Assembly: GCA_964575605.1 (NCBI GenBank)
Contig: CAZNRN010000020.1
Location: 306-64,305 of the forward strand
DNA: 64,000 nt
Origin: an uncultured Micavibrio sp.
GTDB taxonomy: Bacteria > Pseudomonadota > Alphaproteobacteria > Micavibrionales > UBA2020
Direction of reading: 5' to 3'
In this document: positions 56,560 through 64,000 of the stretch, in pieces
Position numbering within the stretch: position 1 is the stretch's first letter
Layout: the number at the start of each line of letters is the position of its first letter
Made by a program: the position numbers and the translations under genes
The notes under the pieces: generated by a model
Databases searched by the model: none
Told to the model about the DNA's origin: nothing
The model's input: only the letters and a program-made list of their open reading frames with translations

Positions 56560-57530
56560 CGCTCAATCAGAAAACCATCACCGTCTTCGGCGGCACCGGG
56601 TTCCTCGGGCGGCATATTATCTGGCAGCTGGCGAAGACGGGGGCTAATATCCGCGTCGCGACGCGCGCGAAGGAACGCGCTTACTTCCTCCGTCCCGCGG
56701 GAACGGTCGGGCAGATTACGCCCATCTTCTGCAACATCCACAGCGACGCTTCGGTCGCAGCCGCGCTGGACGGTGCGACACATGCGATTTACCTGCCGGG
56801 GCTGCTGTTTGAGCACGGCAAATACGGCACGTTTAAAAAAATCCATGTCGAGGCGGCGGAGCGCATCGCGAAAGCGGCCAAGGCCGCGCGGCTGCAGCTG
56901 CTGATCCATTTCTCGGCGCTGGGCGCGTCGAACGATGCCCCCTCGGAATACCTGCGCACCAAGGCGGAGGGCGAGGGCAAGGCGATCCATGCTTTCTCGC
57001 GCACTGTCGTGCTGCGCCCCTCGGCGGTTTTCGGGCCGGAGGATGGCCTGTTTAACAAATTCGCCAATATGGCGCGCGTCTATCCGATGCTGCCGCTGGT
57101 GGGCAGCGGCAAGACGCAGATGCAGCCTGTGTATGTGGGCGACGTCGCGAAAGCTGTCTATAACATCATCGCCGACCCGGAATGCGAGCGTTACAGCGGG
57201 CATATCTATGAACTGGGCGGCCCCGCCACCTATACGCTGCGCGAGCTGATGGAGCTGACGCTGCGCCATACGCACCGCAAAAAAATCCTGCTGCCCCTGC
57301 CCGTGCCTGTCGCGAAAATCGCGGGCGTGGCCTCGGGCATCTGCTCGTCCCTTTTCTCCTGCGCGCCGACGATCACGGTCGACCAGGTGAAAACGCTGTC
57401 CCGCCACAACATCCTGCAGCCGGGCACCCCCGGCTTGAAAGACCTTGGCGTCACGCCGACGGGGGCGGATGCGATACTGCCCACCTATCTCGCGCGCTTC
57501 CGCCCGGGCGGGCGTTTCGGCGGCGCTTAA
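56556..57530 (+). CDS. NAD(P)H-binding NDUFA9-like / NAD-dependent epimerase family protein
   Basis: Rossmann VFGGTGFLGRHI; 324 aa; overall pattern of the alphaproteobacterial complex I NDUFA9-like family. Confidence 0.75.
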   Translation: MTLNQKTITVFGGTGFLGRHIIWQLAKTGANIRVATRAKERAYFLRPAGTVGQITPIFCNIHSDASVAAALDGATHAIYLPGLLFEHGKYGTFKKIHVEAAERIAKAAKAARLQLLIHFSALGASNDAPSEYLRTKAEGEGKAIHAFSRTVVLRPSAVFGPEDGLFNKFANMARVYPMLPLVGSGKTQMQPVYVGDVAKAVYNIIADPECERYSGHIYELGGPATYTLRELMELTLRHTHRKKILLPLPVPVAKIAGVASGICSSLFSCAPTITVDQVKTLSRHNILQPGTPGLKDLGVTPTGADAILPTYLARFRPGGRFGGA

Positions 57531-57637
57531 AAGCCTATAAAACAGGGCTTTAGACGGTCAGGAAAGCACGTGCATTCGGGCGGGTTATGGGCTATTTTCT
57601 AGGCCAATAGCCTTTTAACGTATCAGGATATACCCGC

Positions 57638-59149
57638 GTGCAAAAACTGTCCGCTCTTCTTCTCCTCTGCCTTGCCCTGCTGCCTCTTGGCGCAGAGGCC
57701 GCCCAACCAGCTGCACAGGCCGCGCAGGCCGCCCGCACCCGCATCGGCATCGCCGCCATCGTCAACGACGACGCCATCACCTGGTCAGACATCGAAAACC
57801 GTACGCGCCTGTTTATCGCCAGCGCCGGCAAGGGATCGCCGCCGCCCGAAGCGCGCCAGCAGGTCGAAGCCATGGTGCTGAACCGCCTGATCGACGAGCG
57901 CCTGCAGCTGCGCGAAGCCAAGAATCTCGGCATCACGGTCGAGGATATCATGGTGCAGAAGGCTTTCGCCGACATCGCCCGCCAGAACAACCTGACGCCC
58001 GAGGAATTCCGCGACAAGCTGCAGGGCTCGGGCATCAAGATGAGCGCGCTTACCGACCAGATCAAGGCCGAGATTGCCTGGTCGCTGGTCGTGCGCCGCA
58101 AGCTGCGCCCGCAGATCGTCGTCTCCGAAAACGAAATCGACACGGCCATCACGCAGCTGCAAAGCAAGCAGGGCCAGACCGAATACCAGGTCGCCGAGAT
58201 TCTGCTGAAAGTGCCCTCGACCGAAATGGAAGGCATGGTGCGCACCGACGCCGAGAAACTGGCGCAGGATATCACCGCGGGCGCGCAGTTCTCGATGGTC
58301 GCCCGCCAGAAAAGCCAGGCGCCCGGCGCCGCCACCGGCGGCGACCTCGGCTGGATCCAGCAGGGCGTGCTGGACAAGGCGCTCGACGAACAGCTGGCCC
58401 GCATGCATCCCGGCGAGGTGAGCCCGCCCATCCGCACCGACAAGGGCTATCATATCCTCTTCCTGCGCAACATGCGCGATGCCGGCGCCGCCATGGCGCC
58501 GCAGGCCCCCGCGCCGCAAGCGCCGCCGCAGCAGGCCGCCGCAGCGCCCGTCCCCGCTGTGTCTAACGGCCGCCCCAGCCTTGTGCAGGCCGATACCATC
58601 TTGCACCTGAAACAGCTGGTCATGCCGGTCGCCACGGGCGAACCCGCCGCCGTCACCAACGCGAAACTCGCCCGCGCCGAAAGCCTGAAGGGCGAGGTTA
58701 CCTCCTGCGAGGCGATGGACCAGAAGGCGCGCGAATTCCTGGCGGAAGGCAGCGGCGACCTTGGCCGCGGCAAGCTGAGCCAGCTCCCCGAACACCTGCG
58801 CCACGCGGTCATCAGCCTGCCCGTCGGAACTTTAAGCGAACCGATCAAAACCGAAAACAGCATCGCCGTCGTGATGGTCTGCGAACGTGAAGATATCGCA
58901 GGCGCGCCGGTCGGACAGCAAGCTGCCTCCGCACCCGCAACGCCTGCCCCGGCTCCTGCCGAACAGGCAAACAGCAACGGCGGCCCAACGTCTGAACAAT
59001 CCGGCGGCGCGCCGGTACCGCAGGCACCCAAACCGCCGGACGCCGCGCGCGAGCAGGTCGCCAACCAGATCGGCATGAAGCGCCTGAACCAGCTGGCCGA
59101 CCGCTACCTCAAAGACCTGCGCGCCACGGCCTACATTGAGCGCCGTTGA
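57638..59149 (+). CDS. surA: SurA-like periplasmic peptidyl-prolyl isomerase/chaperone
   Basis: Signal peptide, SurA N-domain (IAAIVNDDAITWSDIENR), a parvulin block (GGDLGWIQQG ... GYHILFL) and long Pro/Ala/Gln linkers. Confidence 0.8.
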   Translation: MQKLSALLLLCLALLPLGAEAAQPAAQAAQAARTRIGIAAIVNDDAITWSDIENRTRLFIASAGKGSPPPEARQQVEAMVLNRLIDERLQLREAKNLGITVEDIMVQKAFADIARQNNLTPEEFRDKLQGSGIKMSALTDQIKAEIAWSLVVRRKLRPQIVVSENEIDTAITQLQSKQGQTEYQVAEILLKVPSTEMEGMVRTDAEKLAQDITAGAQFSMVARQKSQAPGAATGGDLGWIQQGVLDKALDEQLARMHPGEVSPPIRTDKGYHILFLRNMRDAGAAMAPQAPAPQAPPQQAAAAPVPAVSNGRPSLVQADTILHLKQLVMPVATGEPAAVTNAKLARAESLKGEVTSCEAMDQKAREFLAEGSGDLGRGKLSQLPEHLRHAVISLPVGTLSEPIKTENSIAVVMVCEREDIAGAPVGQQAASAPATPAPAPAEQANSNGGPTSEQSGGAPVPQAPKPPDAAREQVANQIGMKRLNQLADRYLKDLRATAYIERR

Positions 59150-59966
59150 CCAACTCCCCCCCTTGCGCGAGGTTATCGACCGTTTCGGGTTGATGGCCAA
59201 GAAATCGCTTGGCCAGAACTTCCTGCTCGACCTCAACCTCACCGCCAAAATCGCGCGCGCGGGCGGGCCGTTCAAAGGCATCAACGTCATCGAAGTCGGC
59301 CCCGGCCCGGGCGGTTTGACGCGCGGGCTGCTCGGCACCGATGCTGTTGCCGTCCATGCCATCGAGCGTGACGACCGCTGCGTCGCAGCCCTGCAATCGC
59401 TGGTCGAGGCCGCGGACGGCCGCCTGATACTGCATGCCGATGACGCGCTCGAGGCCGATTACGAGGCGCTCTGTCCCGCGCCGCGCGCGATAGTGGCCAA
59501 CCTGCCCTATAACATCGCGACCACGCTGCTGATCGGCTGGCTGAAACAGCTGCAGCTGTTCGAGAGCTTCACATTAATGTTTCAAAAAGAGGTCGCCGAC
59601 CGCCTTGCCGCCGAAACGCGCACCAAGGATTACGGGCGCCTGTCGGTGCTGGTGCAATGGCTGTGCACGGTCGAGCGCAAGCTGGACCTGCCGCCCTCCG
59701 CCTTCACCCCGCCGCCCAAGGTCACCTCGACCGTCGTGCATATCACGCCCAAAAAGCGCAGGGACGATATCGATATACCGCTGATGGAAAAGGTCACCGC
59801 CGCCGCCTTCGGCCAGCGCCGCAAGATGCTGCGCCAGAGCCTGAAGACGCTGGGCGTGAACGCCGAACAACTGCTGGAAAAAGCCGATATCGCGGGCACC
59901 AGGCGCGCGGAAGAGCTGTCGGTGGAGGAATTCCTCCGCCTTGCGGCCGCGCTCAAGTCTTCTTGA
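59136..59966 (+). CDS. rsmA: 16S rRNA (adenine1518/1519-N6)-dimethyltransferase
   Basis: KSLGQNFL ... VIEVGPGPGGLT ... NLPYNI. It has a TTG start overlapping the surA stop by 14 nt. Confidence 0.92.
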   Translation: MSAVDQLPPLREVIDRFGLMAKKSLGQNFLLDLNLTAKIARAGGPFKGINVIEVGPGPGGLTRGLLGTDAVAVHAIERDDRCVAALQSLVEAADGRLILHADDALEADYEALCPAPRAIVANLPYNIATTLLIGWLKQLQLFESFTLMFQKEVADRLAAETRTKDYGRLSVLVQWLCTVERKLDLPPSAFTPPPKVTSTVVHITPKKRRDDIDIPLMEKVTAAAFGQRRKMLRQSLKTLGVNAEQLLEKADIAGTRRAEELSVEEFLRLAAALKSS

Positions 59967-59969
59967 AAA

Positions 59970-60662
59970 TTATTTAGGCGGCTTCAGCGTCGTCACGAAG
60001 CTGTCGACATCCGTCAGGCGGTGGCGTTTCAGGCGTTCGCCGTCGATGATGGCCTGCACGCGGCGTACGCTTTCCTCGAAATCATGGTTGATGATGACGT
60101 ACTGGAATTCCTTGTAGTGCTTGATTTCGTCCTTGGCCTTGGCCAGGCGCTTGCGGATCTCGTCCTCGCTGTCCTGCGCGCGGTTGTGCAGCCGGTCTTC
60201 CAGCGCTTTCCAGCTGGGCGGCAGGATGAAGACGGAAACCACGTCTTCGGGCATCATGGCCGAGAGCGAGCGGTTGCCCTGCCAGTCGACGTCGAACAGC
60301 ACATCCTTGCCGGACGCCAGCGCGGTTTCGACCGGCGCCTTGGGCGTTCCGTACATCTGGCTGTTGTAGACCAGCGCGTATTCCAGCATTTCCTCGGCCG
60401 CCACCATCTGCTCGAACTTCTCGCGGCTGACGAAATAATAGTGTTTCGCTTCTTCTTCGCCCGGGCGCTGCTTGCGCGTCGTGGCGGAAACCGAAATCAC
60501 GGTGTCTTCGTCGCGCCTTGCGATCTCGCGCGAGATGGAGGTCTTGCCGCCGCCGGGCGGCGATGCGAGCACCAGCATCATCCCGCGGCGCTTGAGCGCC
60601 TTGGCCGGTGAGGGCGTCGCCGTGGGGGAGCCGCTTTCTGCTTTCATCGCCGTGCTTCGCAT
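59970..60662 (-). CDS. gmk: Guanylate kinase
   Basis: P-loop LASPPGGGKTS with the RRGMMLVL lead-in, then ISVSATTR and YFVSREKFEQM. The true start may be an internal Met (60647). Confidence 0.88.
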   Translation of the reverse strand: MRSTAMKAESGSPTATPSPAKALKRRGMMLVLASPPGGGKTSISREIARRDEDTVISVSATTRKQRPGEEEAKHYYFVSREKFEQMVAAEEMLEYALVYNSQMYGTPKAPVETALASGKDVLFDVDWQGNRSLSAMMPEDVVSVFILPPSWKALEDRLHNRAQDSEDEIRKRLAKAKDEIKHYKEFQYVIINHDFEESVRRVQAIIDGERLKRHRLTDVDSFVTTLKPPK

Positions 60663-60747
60663 GTAATATGTTTGAATAGATTCTAATTAAGGTTGGGACG
60701 TTATAACGCGGCGCAGCACGTTAAACAAGTCTCGGGAAAATAATAAT

Positions 60748-61509
60748 ATGACAAGCCATAAAGTCATTTTGATTACAGGGGCTTCCAGCGGCATCGGCCG
60801 CGCGCTGGCCGAATCTTACGCCCTGCCCGGCGTCACGCTGCTGCTGACAGGCCGTAACCCCGACCGCCTGTCCGAAGCCGCCGCCGCCTGCACCGCCCGT
60901 GGCGCGACCATCAAGACCACGACCATCTGCGTCACCGACCGCGTTGCGCTTGAAAAGCAGTTGTTTGAATGGGACGACGCGGCCCCCATCACGCTCGTCA
61001 TCGCCAACGCAGGCATTTCCGGCGGCCTCGGCAAGGAGGCGGAGGGCGACAAGCTGTTCCGCGAAATCATGTCGATCAACCTCGACGGCACTTTCAACAC
61101 CGTCAACCCGCTGATCCCCCGCCTGAAGGCGCGCAGAGCGGGGCAGATTGTGTTGATGAGCTCCATGGCGGGCTTCCGCGGCCTGCCCTCCGCCCCCGCC
61201 TATAGCGTCAGCAAGAACGCCGTGCGCGCCTATGCCGAGGCGCTGCGCCCGCTGCTGAAAAAAGACGGCGTGAAGGTGAACGTTATCTGCCCGGGGTTTA
61301 TCAAGACGCCGCTGACGGCGGTGAATACCTTCATCATGCCGTTCCTGATGCATGTCGACCCCGCCGTGCGCGCGATAAAACGCGGCATCGCGCTGAACAA
61401 GCCTGTCATCGCCTTTCCCTGGCAGATGCGTGTGTTGATGATGCTGATTACCGCGCTGCCGCGCTTTATCGGCGATGCGCTGCTGGCGCGTGCGCCCGAG
61501 AAAAACTAA
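60748..61509 (+). CDS. SDR-family oxidoreductase
   Basis: ITGASSGIGRALA (TGxxxGxG), NAG and the YSVSK catalytic YxxxK. Confidence 0.85.
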   Translation: MTSHKVILITGASSGIGRALAESYALPGVTLLLTGRNPDRLSEAAAACTARGATIKTTTICVTDRVALEKQLFEWDDAAPITLVIANAGISGGLGKEAEGDKLFREIMSINLDGTFNTVNPLIPRLKARRAGQIVLMSSMAGFRGLPSAPAYSVSKNAVRAYAEALRPLLKKDGVKVNVICPGFIKTPLTAVNTFIMPFLMHVDPAVRAIKRGIALNKPVIAFPWQMRVLMMLITALPRFIGDALLARAPEKN

Positions 61510-61519
61510 TCCGCAACAA

Positions 61520-61822
61520 TTACTGGTTCAGGTTGCCGTAGCTGGATGCAATGCGGCTGGAAAAGCTGCGCGCCGCCATGTAACGGCCGCGCGGCGTGGA
61601 ATAGAATTTCCGGTTGCGCTGGTACTGCGTCATGCGGCGCTTGACGGGGCGCGGCGCATGGATGGTGCCCGCAGTGCGCACATCGCCATAGGTATAGGCG
61701 CCCTGCACGGTGCCCCTGTTCAGGTCGATCGAGTATTTCTTGGACTCCGGCGCGGCGGCCATGACGTTTGCGGCCGCGAATATTGCGGTGCAAAAAACCA
61801 TAATGACAAAGAACTTTTTCAT
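61520..61822 (-). CDS. Small secreted basic protein (100 aa)
   Basis: The internal ATG at 61822 gives signal peptide MKKFFVIMVFCTAIFAAANVMA. The rest of the 221-aa ORF-track entry looks like antisense shadow of 61898..62734. Confidence 0.5.
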   Translation of the reverse strand: MKKFFVIMVFCTAIFAAANVMAAAPESKKYSIDLNRGTVQGAYTYGDVRTAGTIHAPRPVKRRMTQYQRNRKFYSTPRGRYMAARSFSSRIASSYGNLNQ

Positions 61823-61897
61823 AGGCCGCCTTTTCTTTCGTTGCCCTGATGGTACAATCCGGACACCATAAAAACAACAAGGATAAGTGACGGCCCC

Positions 61898-62734
61898 TTG
61901 AAAGAGGAATTTAACAATTCTTCGAAGGACCGCATCGACGGCCTTTTGGCCCGGCTCGACAAAGTGCCGGAGGGAAAGCTTGTTGCCGATTTCATCCGCG
62001 ACAACAAGGTCACCATCAGGCTGGAGGAAGACCCCGACAACTGGGCGGCCTCGACGCTGACCATCACGGGCATCAGGGACGGCAACTACAGCTATAAAAA
62101 ACCCGTCATCATCCTGAAGAAAGATTTGGCCGACGACAACCTTGTGCAGGCGATCGTGCACGAAGCCCAGCACCTGAAACAGCACCTCTCGGGCGTCGGC
62201 AACCCCGACCGTATTTTAAGCGAAGCGGAATATATCCTGTTCTACCGCGCGGCCGAGGCCGATGCACAGGCTGCCTGCACGCATGTGGCGTGGAAGCTGA
62301 AAGAGTCCGGTGATGCGGGGCCGTGGGAGGCCGCGAAATTTGTCGGCTATGACGATATCTGCGATGCCTACGAGAAAGCCGTGGGTGAGGGCGCAGATGA
62401 CGCAAAGGCGCAGCGCACCGCCTTCGACGCCTGGTTCGGCCGCGACAGCCGCCTGGCGGGATATAACAAGGCGACGGCGGAAAACATGATCCCCTTCCTG
62501 AAAAAAGGCCGCGAGGAAGTGTTCAAGGACCACGGGCTGGAGGAAAAGCCGCTGGACAGCAGCTGGCTGCAAAAGCTCGACCGGGCCTCGCATTTCCCCT
62601 ACCTGCTGTCGGATGGCGGGCGCGATGTGCTGGCGGATGCGCATTTTATCCGCGACACGCATACCCGCCCGCCCGAGCGGAAAAAGAAACCCGCAAACGA
62701 AAACAGGCGGCCCGGTAAACCCGATGCCGCCTGA
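61898..62734 (+). CDS. HExxH-motif protein (putative metallopeptidase-like), unknown family
   Basis: 278 aa with AIVHEAQHLKQH. It has a TTG start, no signal peptide and a basic tail (RPPERKKKPANENRRPGKP). Confidence 0.5.
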   Translation: MKEEFNNSSKDRIDGLLARLDKVPEGKLVADFIRDNKVTIRLEEDPDNWAASTLTITGIRDGNYSYKKPVIILKKDLADDNLVQAIVHEAQHLKQHLSGVGNPDRILSEAEYILFYRAAEADAQAACTHVAWKLKESGDAGPWEAAKFVGYDDICDAYEKAVGEGADDAKAQRTAFDAWFGRDSRLAGYNKATAENMIPFLKKGREEVFKDHGLEEKPLDSSWLQKLDRASHFPYLLSDGGRDVLADAHFIRDTHTRPPERKKKPANENRRPGKPDAA

Positions 62735-62771
62735 ATCCGCGTAATCTTATTCTCCGTGGTGCCGACGCTAC

Positions 62772-63104
62772 TTATCTGTAGCGGATTGTAGAGCCTTTCA
62801 TGTAGTCCATGCACACGATGCCGTTCACGGTCTTGCCGCGTGCGTTGGTGCCGCTGAATTCGATGCCATAGGCGTCGTCCTGCGCGCAGCCGTAATAATT
62901 CCTGTTGCCGAGCTGGACCTTGTCGATGCCCGCGTCGTCAAGCGCGCGCTTGGCCTTGTCTTCGCCGGGCATGCTGGCAGCAAGCGATTGCGGGTCGGTG
63001 ACAGCCTGATAGGCGACCGCGCCGAAAATGCCCGCGATGGAAAGGCAGACAAGACCTTCGACAAGGCTAAAGCCTGCGAACCTGGAAAATTTGTTGGACT
63101 TCAT
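62772..63104 (-). CDS. Prepilin-type N-terminal cleavage/methylation domain protein (orphan pilin/pseudopilin-like)
   Basis: MKSNKFSRFAG-FSLVEGLVCLSIAGIFGAVAY shows the G/F cleavage site, Glu at +5 and a hydrophobic helix; 110 aa. No pilus assembly genes are nearby. Confidence 0.7.
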   Translation of the reverse strand: MKSNKFSRFAGFSLVEGLVCLSIAGIFGAVAYQAVTDPQSLAASMPGEDKAKRALDDAGIDKVQLGNRNYYGCAQDDAYGIEFSGTNARGKTVNGIVCMDYMKGSTIRYR

Positions 63105-63223
63105 GTGACACACCTTCTTGTTATTGTTTTTCAGTTGAAGGAATGTAGCATCGATAGTTTACATAATCAAGAATTTTTTAGTACTTATTTATTATTATTT
63201 TCAATTAGTTAGGAGATAGTGGA

Positions 63224-63631
63224 TTATTCCATCCCTATCGCATGGAGCCATTCGGGCGTGGGCAGGACGAGCTTGCGCGCTTGCATATCCATCAGCCCCA
63301 GCACAAGCTGGCTTTCGAAGCACAGCTCGTTCGCGGCATTGTAGATATTCTGCTGCATGACGCCGATTTTTTTGGTGTAGCTGAGCATTTCCGTTTCGAC
63401 GCGGATTTCCTGCCGCAGCGTCAGCTCTTTCATGAACGTCATGGTGAATTTTAAAATGACGGGGCCGAACTGTTTCGCCTTGATTTCGGGGATGCCGTAG
63501 CCGCGCGGCGCGATGATGTCCCAACGCGCTTCCTCGAGGATTTGCAGGTATGTCGCGTTGTTCACATGTCCGAAGGTGTCGAGATGGCTTTCGCGGATCA
63601 ACAGGTTATAGGTGAATTTTTTCGCGCTCAT
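63224..63631 (-). CDS. Acyl-CoA thioesterase (4HBT/YbgC-like hotdog fold)
   Basis: IRESHLDTFGHVNNATYLQILEEARWD is the 4HBT catalytic-Asp context; 135 aa. Confidence 0.75.
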   Translation of the reverse strand: MSAKKFTYNLLIRESHLDTFGHVNNATYLQILEEARWDIIAPRGYGIPEIKAKQFGPVILKFTMTFMKELTLRQEIRVETEMLSYTKKIGVMQQNIYNAANELCFESQLVLGLMDMQARKLVLPTPEWLHAIGME

Positions 63632-63855
63632 GCCGCCGCCTTTAAAATGGTGATGTCGAAGCCGCCGTCCTGTTGTGTCACGCCCTGCAGAGTATAGCCG
63701 GATTCAGCGCAGAACAGTTCGAAGTCTTTCGGCGCATGGGCGTCGGTGACGCGAACCGTCAGCTGCGCGCCGGCGGGCAGGGAAAGAAGAATCTTGCGCG
63801 CCTTCAGCACAGGCAAGGGGCAAATCAGGCCGCGGGCGTCGAGATGGTGGCTCAT
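63628..63855 (-). CDS. TusA/SirA-like sulfurtransferase
   Basis: LDARGLICPLPVLKARK contains the CPxP motif; 75 aa. It overlaps both neighbours by 4 nt. Confidence 0.8.
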   Translation of the reverse strand: MSHHLDARGLICPLPVLKARKILLSLPAGAQLTVRVTDAHAPKDFELFCAESGYTLQGVTQQDGGFDITILKAAA

Positions 63856-64000
63856 GCTGCCTCCGTTACCTTTCTGGGATGCAGGTTTTTCATCACGTCG
63901 TCGACGGAAATGCCGTCGATCTGCTGTGACTGTATAATAGTCACGGCCGCGCCGACGGGTGCGGAAAGGTCGGGATTGGTGGTGCCCGAAAACAGCACGG
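63852..64000 (-). CDS. 3' end of an unidentified gene (start beyond right edge)
   Basis: My minus-strand translation reads ...LFSGTTNPDLSAPVGAAVTIIQSQQIDGISVDDVMKNLHPRKVTEAA*, with an ATGA overlap onto the tusA-like start. It is too short to assign. Confidence 0.4.
   Translation of the reverse strand, partial: VLFSGTTNPDLSAPVGAAVTIIQSQQIDGISVDDVMKNLHPRKVTEAA

Overview
GC-rich, very gene-dense chromosomal segment with about 62 protein-coding genes. I saw no rRNA, tRNA, CRISPR array, transposase or integrase. All calls rest on reading the supplied translations and the DNA by eye; no BLAST, HMM or folding program was run, and family names come from recalled motifs. Gene content and order look alphaproteobacterial: hemW-rdgB ... 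rph ... hrcA ... grpE, dnaK-dnaJ-dapB, pal-cpoB-tilS-ftsH, surA-rsmA, plant-type GCL-like ligases, the DUF1476 zeta inhibitor and an NDUFA9-like protein. The housekeeping backbone comprises heat-shock chaperones, several DNA-repair genes (uvrB, uvrD, dinG-like, ogt, nth, alkA-like, alkD-like), a phhA-hmgA-hpd Phe/Tyr catabolic operon, lysS, folE, nadK, glmM and gmk. This backbone is interrupted by small accessory insertions. The most interesting signal lies below the ORF-track size cut-off. Two tandem, diverged GCL-fold ligase paralogs (39905-42968) are each preceded by a homologous 20-codon, apparently leaderless mini-ORF. One mini-ORF is His/Trp-rich and the other Tyr/Phe-rich, and in both the stop codon sits in a hairpin loop. 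This could be a pair of amino-acid-sensing attenuators or a peptide-plus-ligase system; I know of no described equivalent. Other notable items follow. (1) Five ankyrin-type proteins, including a tight three-gene operon sharing an unrecognised C-terminal module and a pair sharing an N-terminal module and promoter box. (2) An extra J-domain protein and an internally duplicated GrpE-like protein embedded in the hrcA-grpE locus. (3) An orphan Rap1a/Tai-like immunity gene. (4) A DUF559 gene flanked by nested inverted repeats. (5) A HExxH protein next to an orphan prepilin-like gene.
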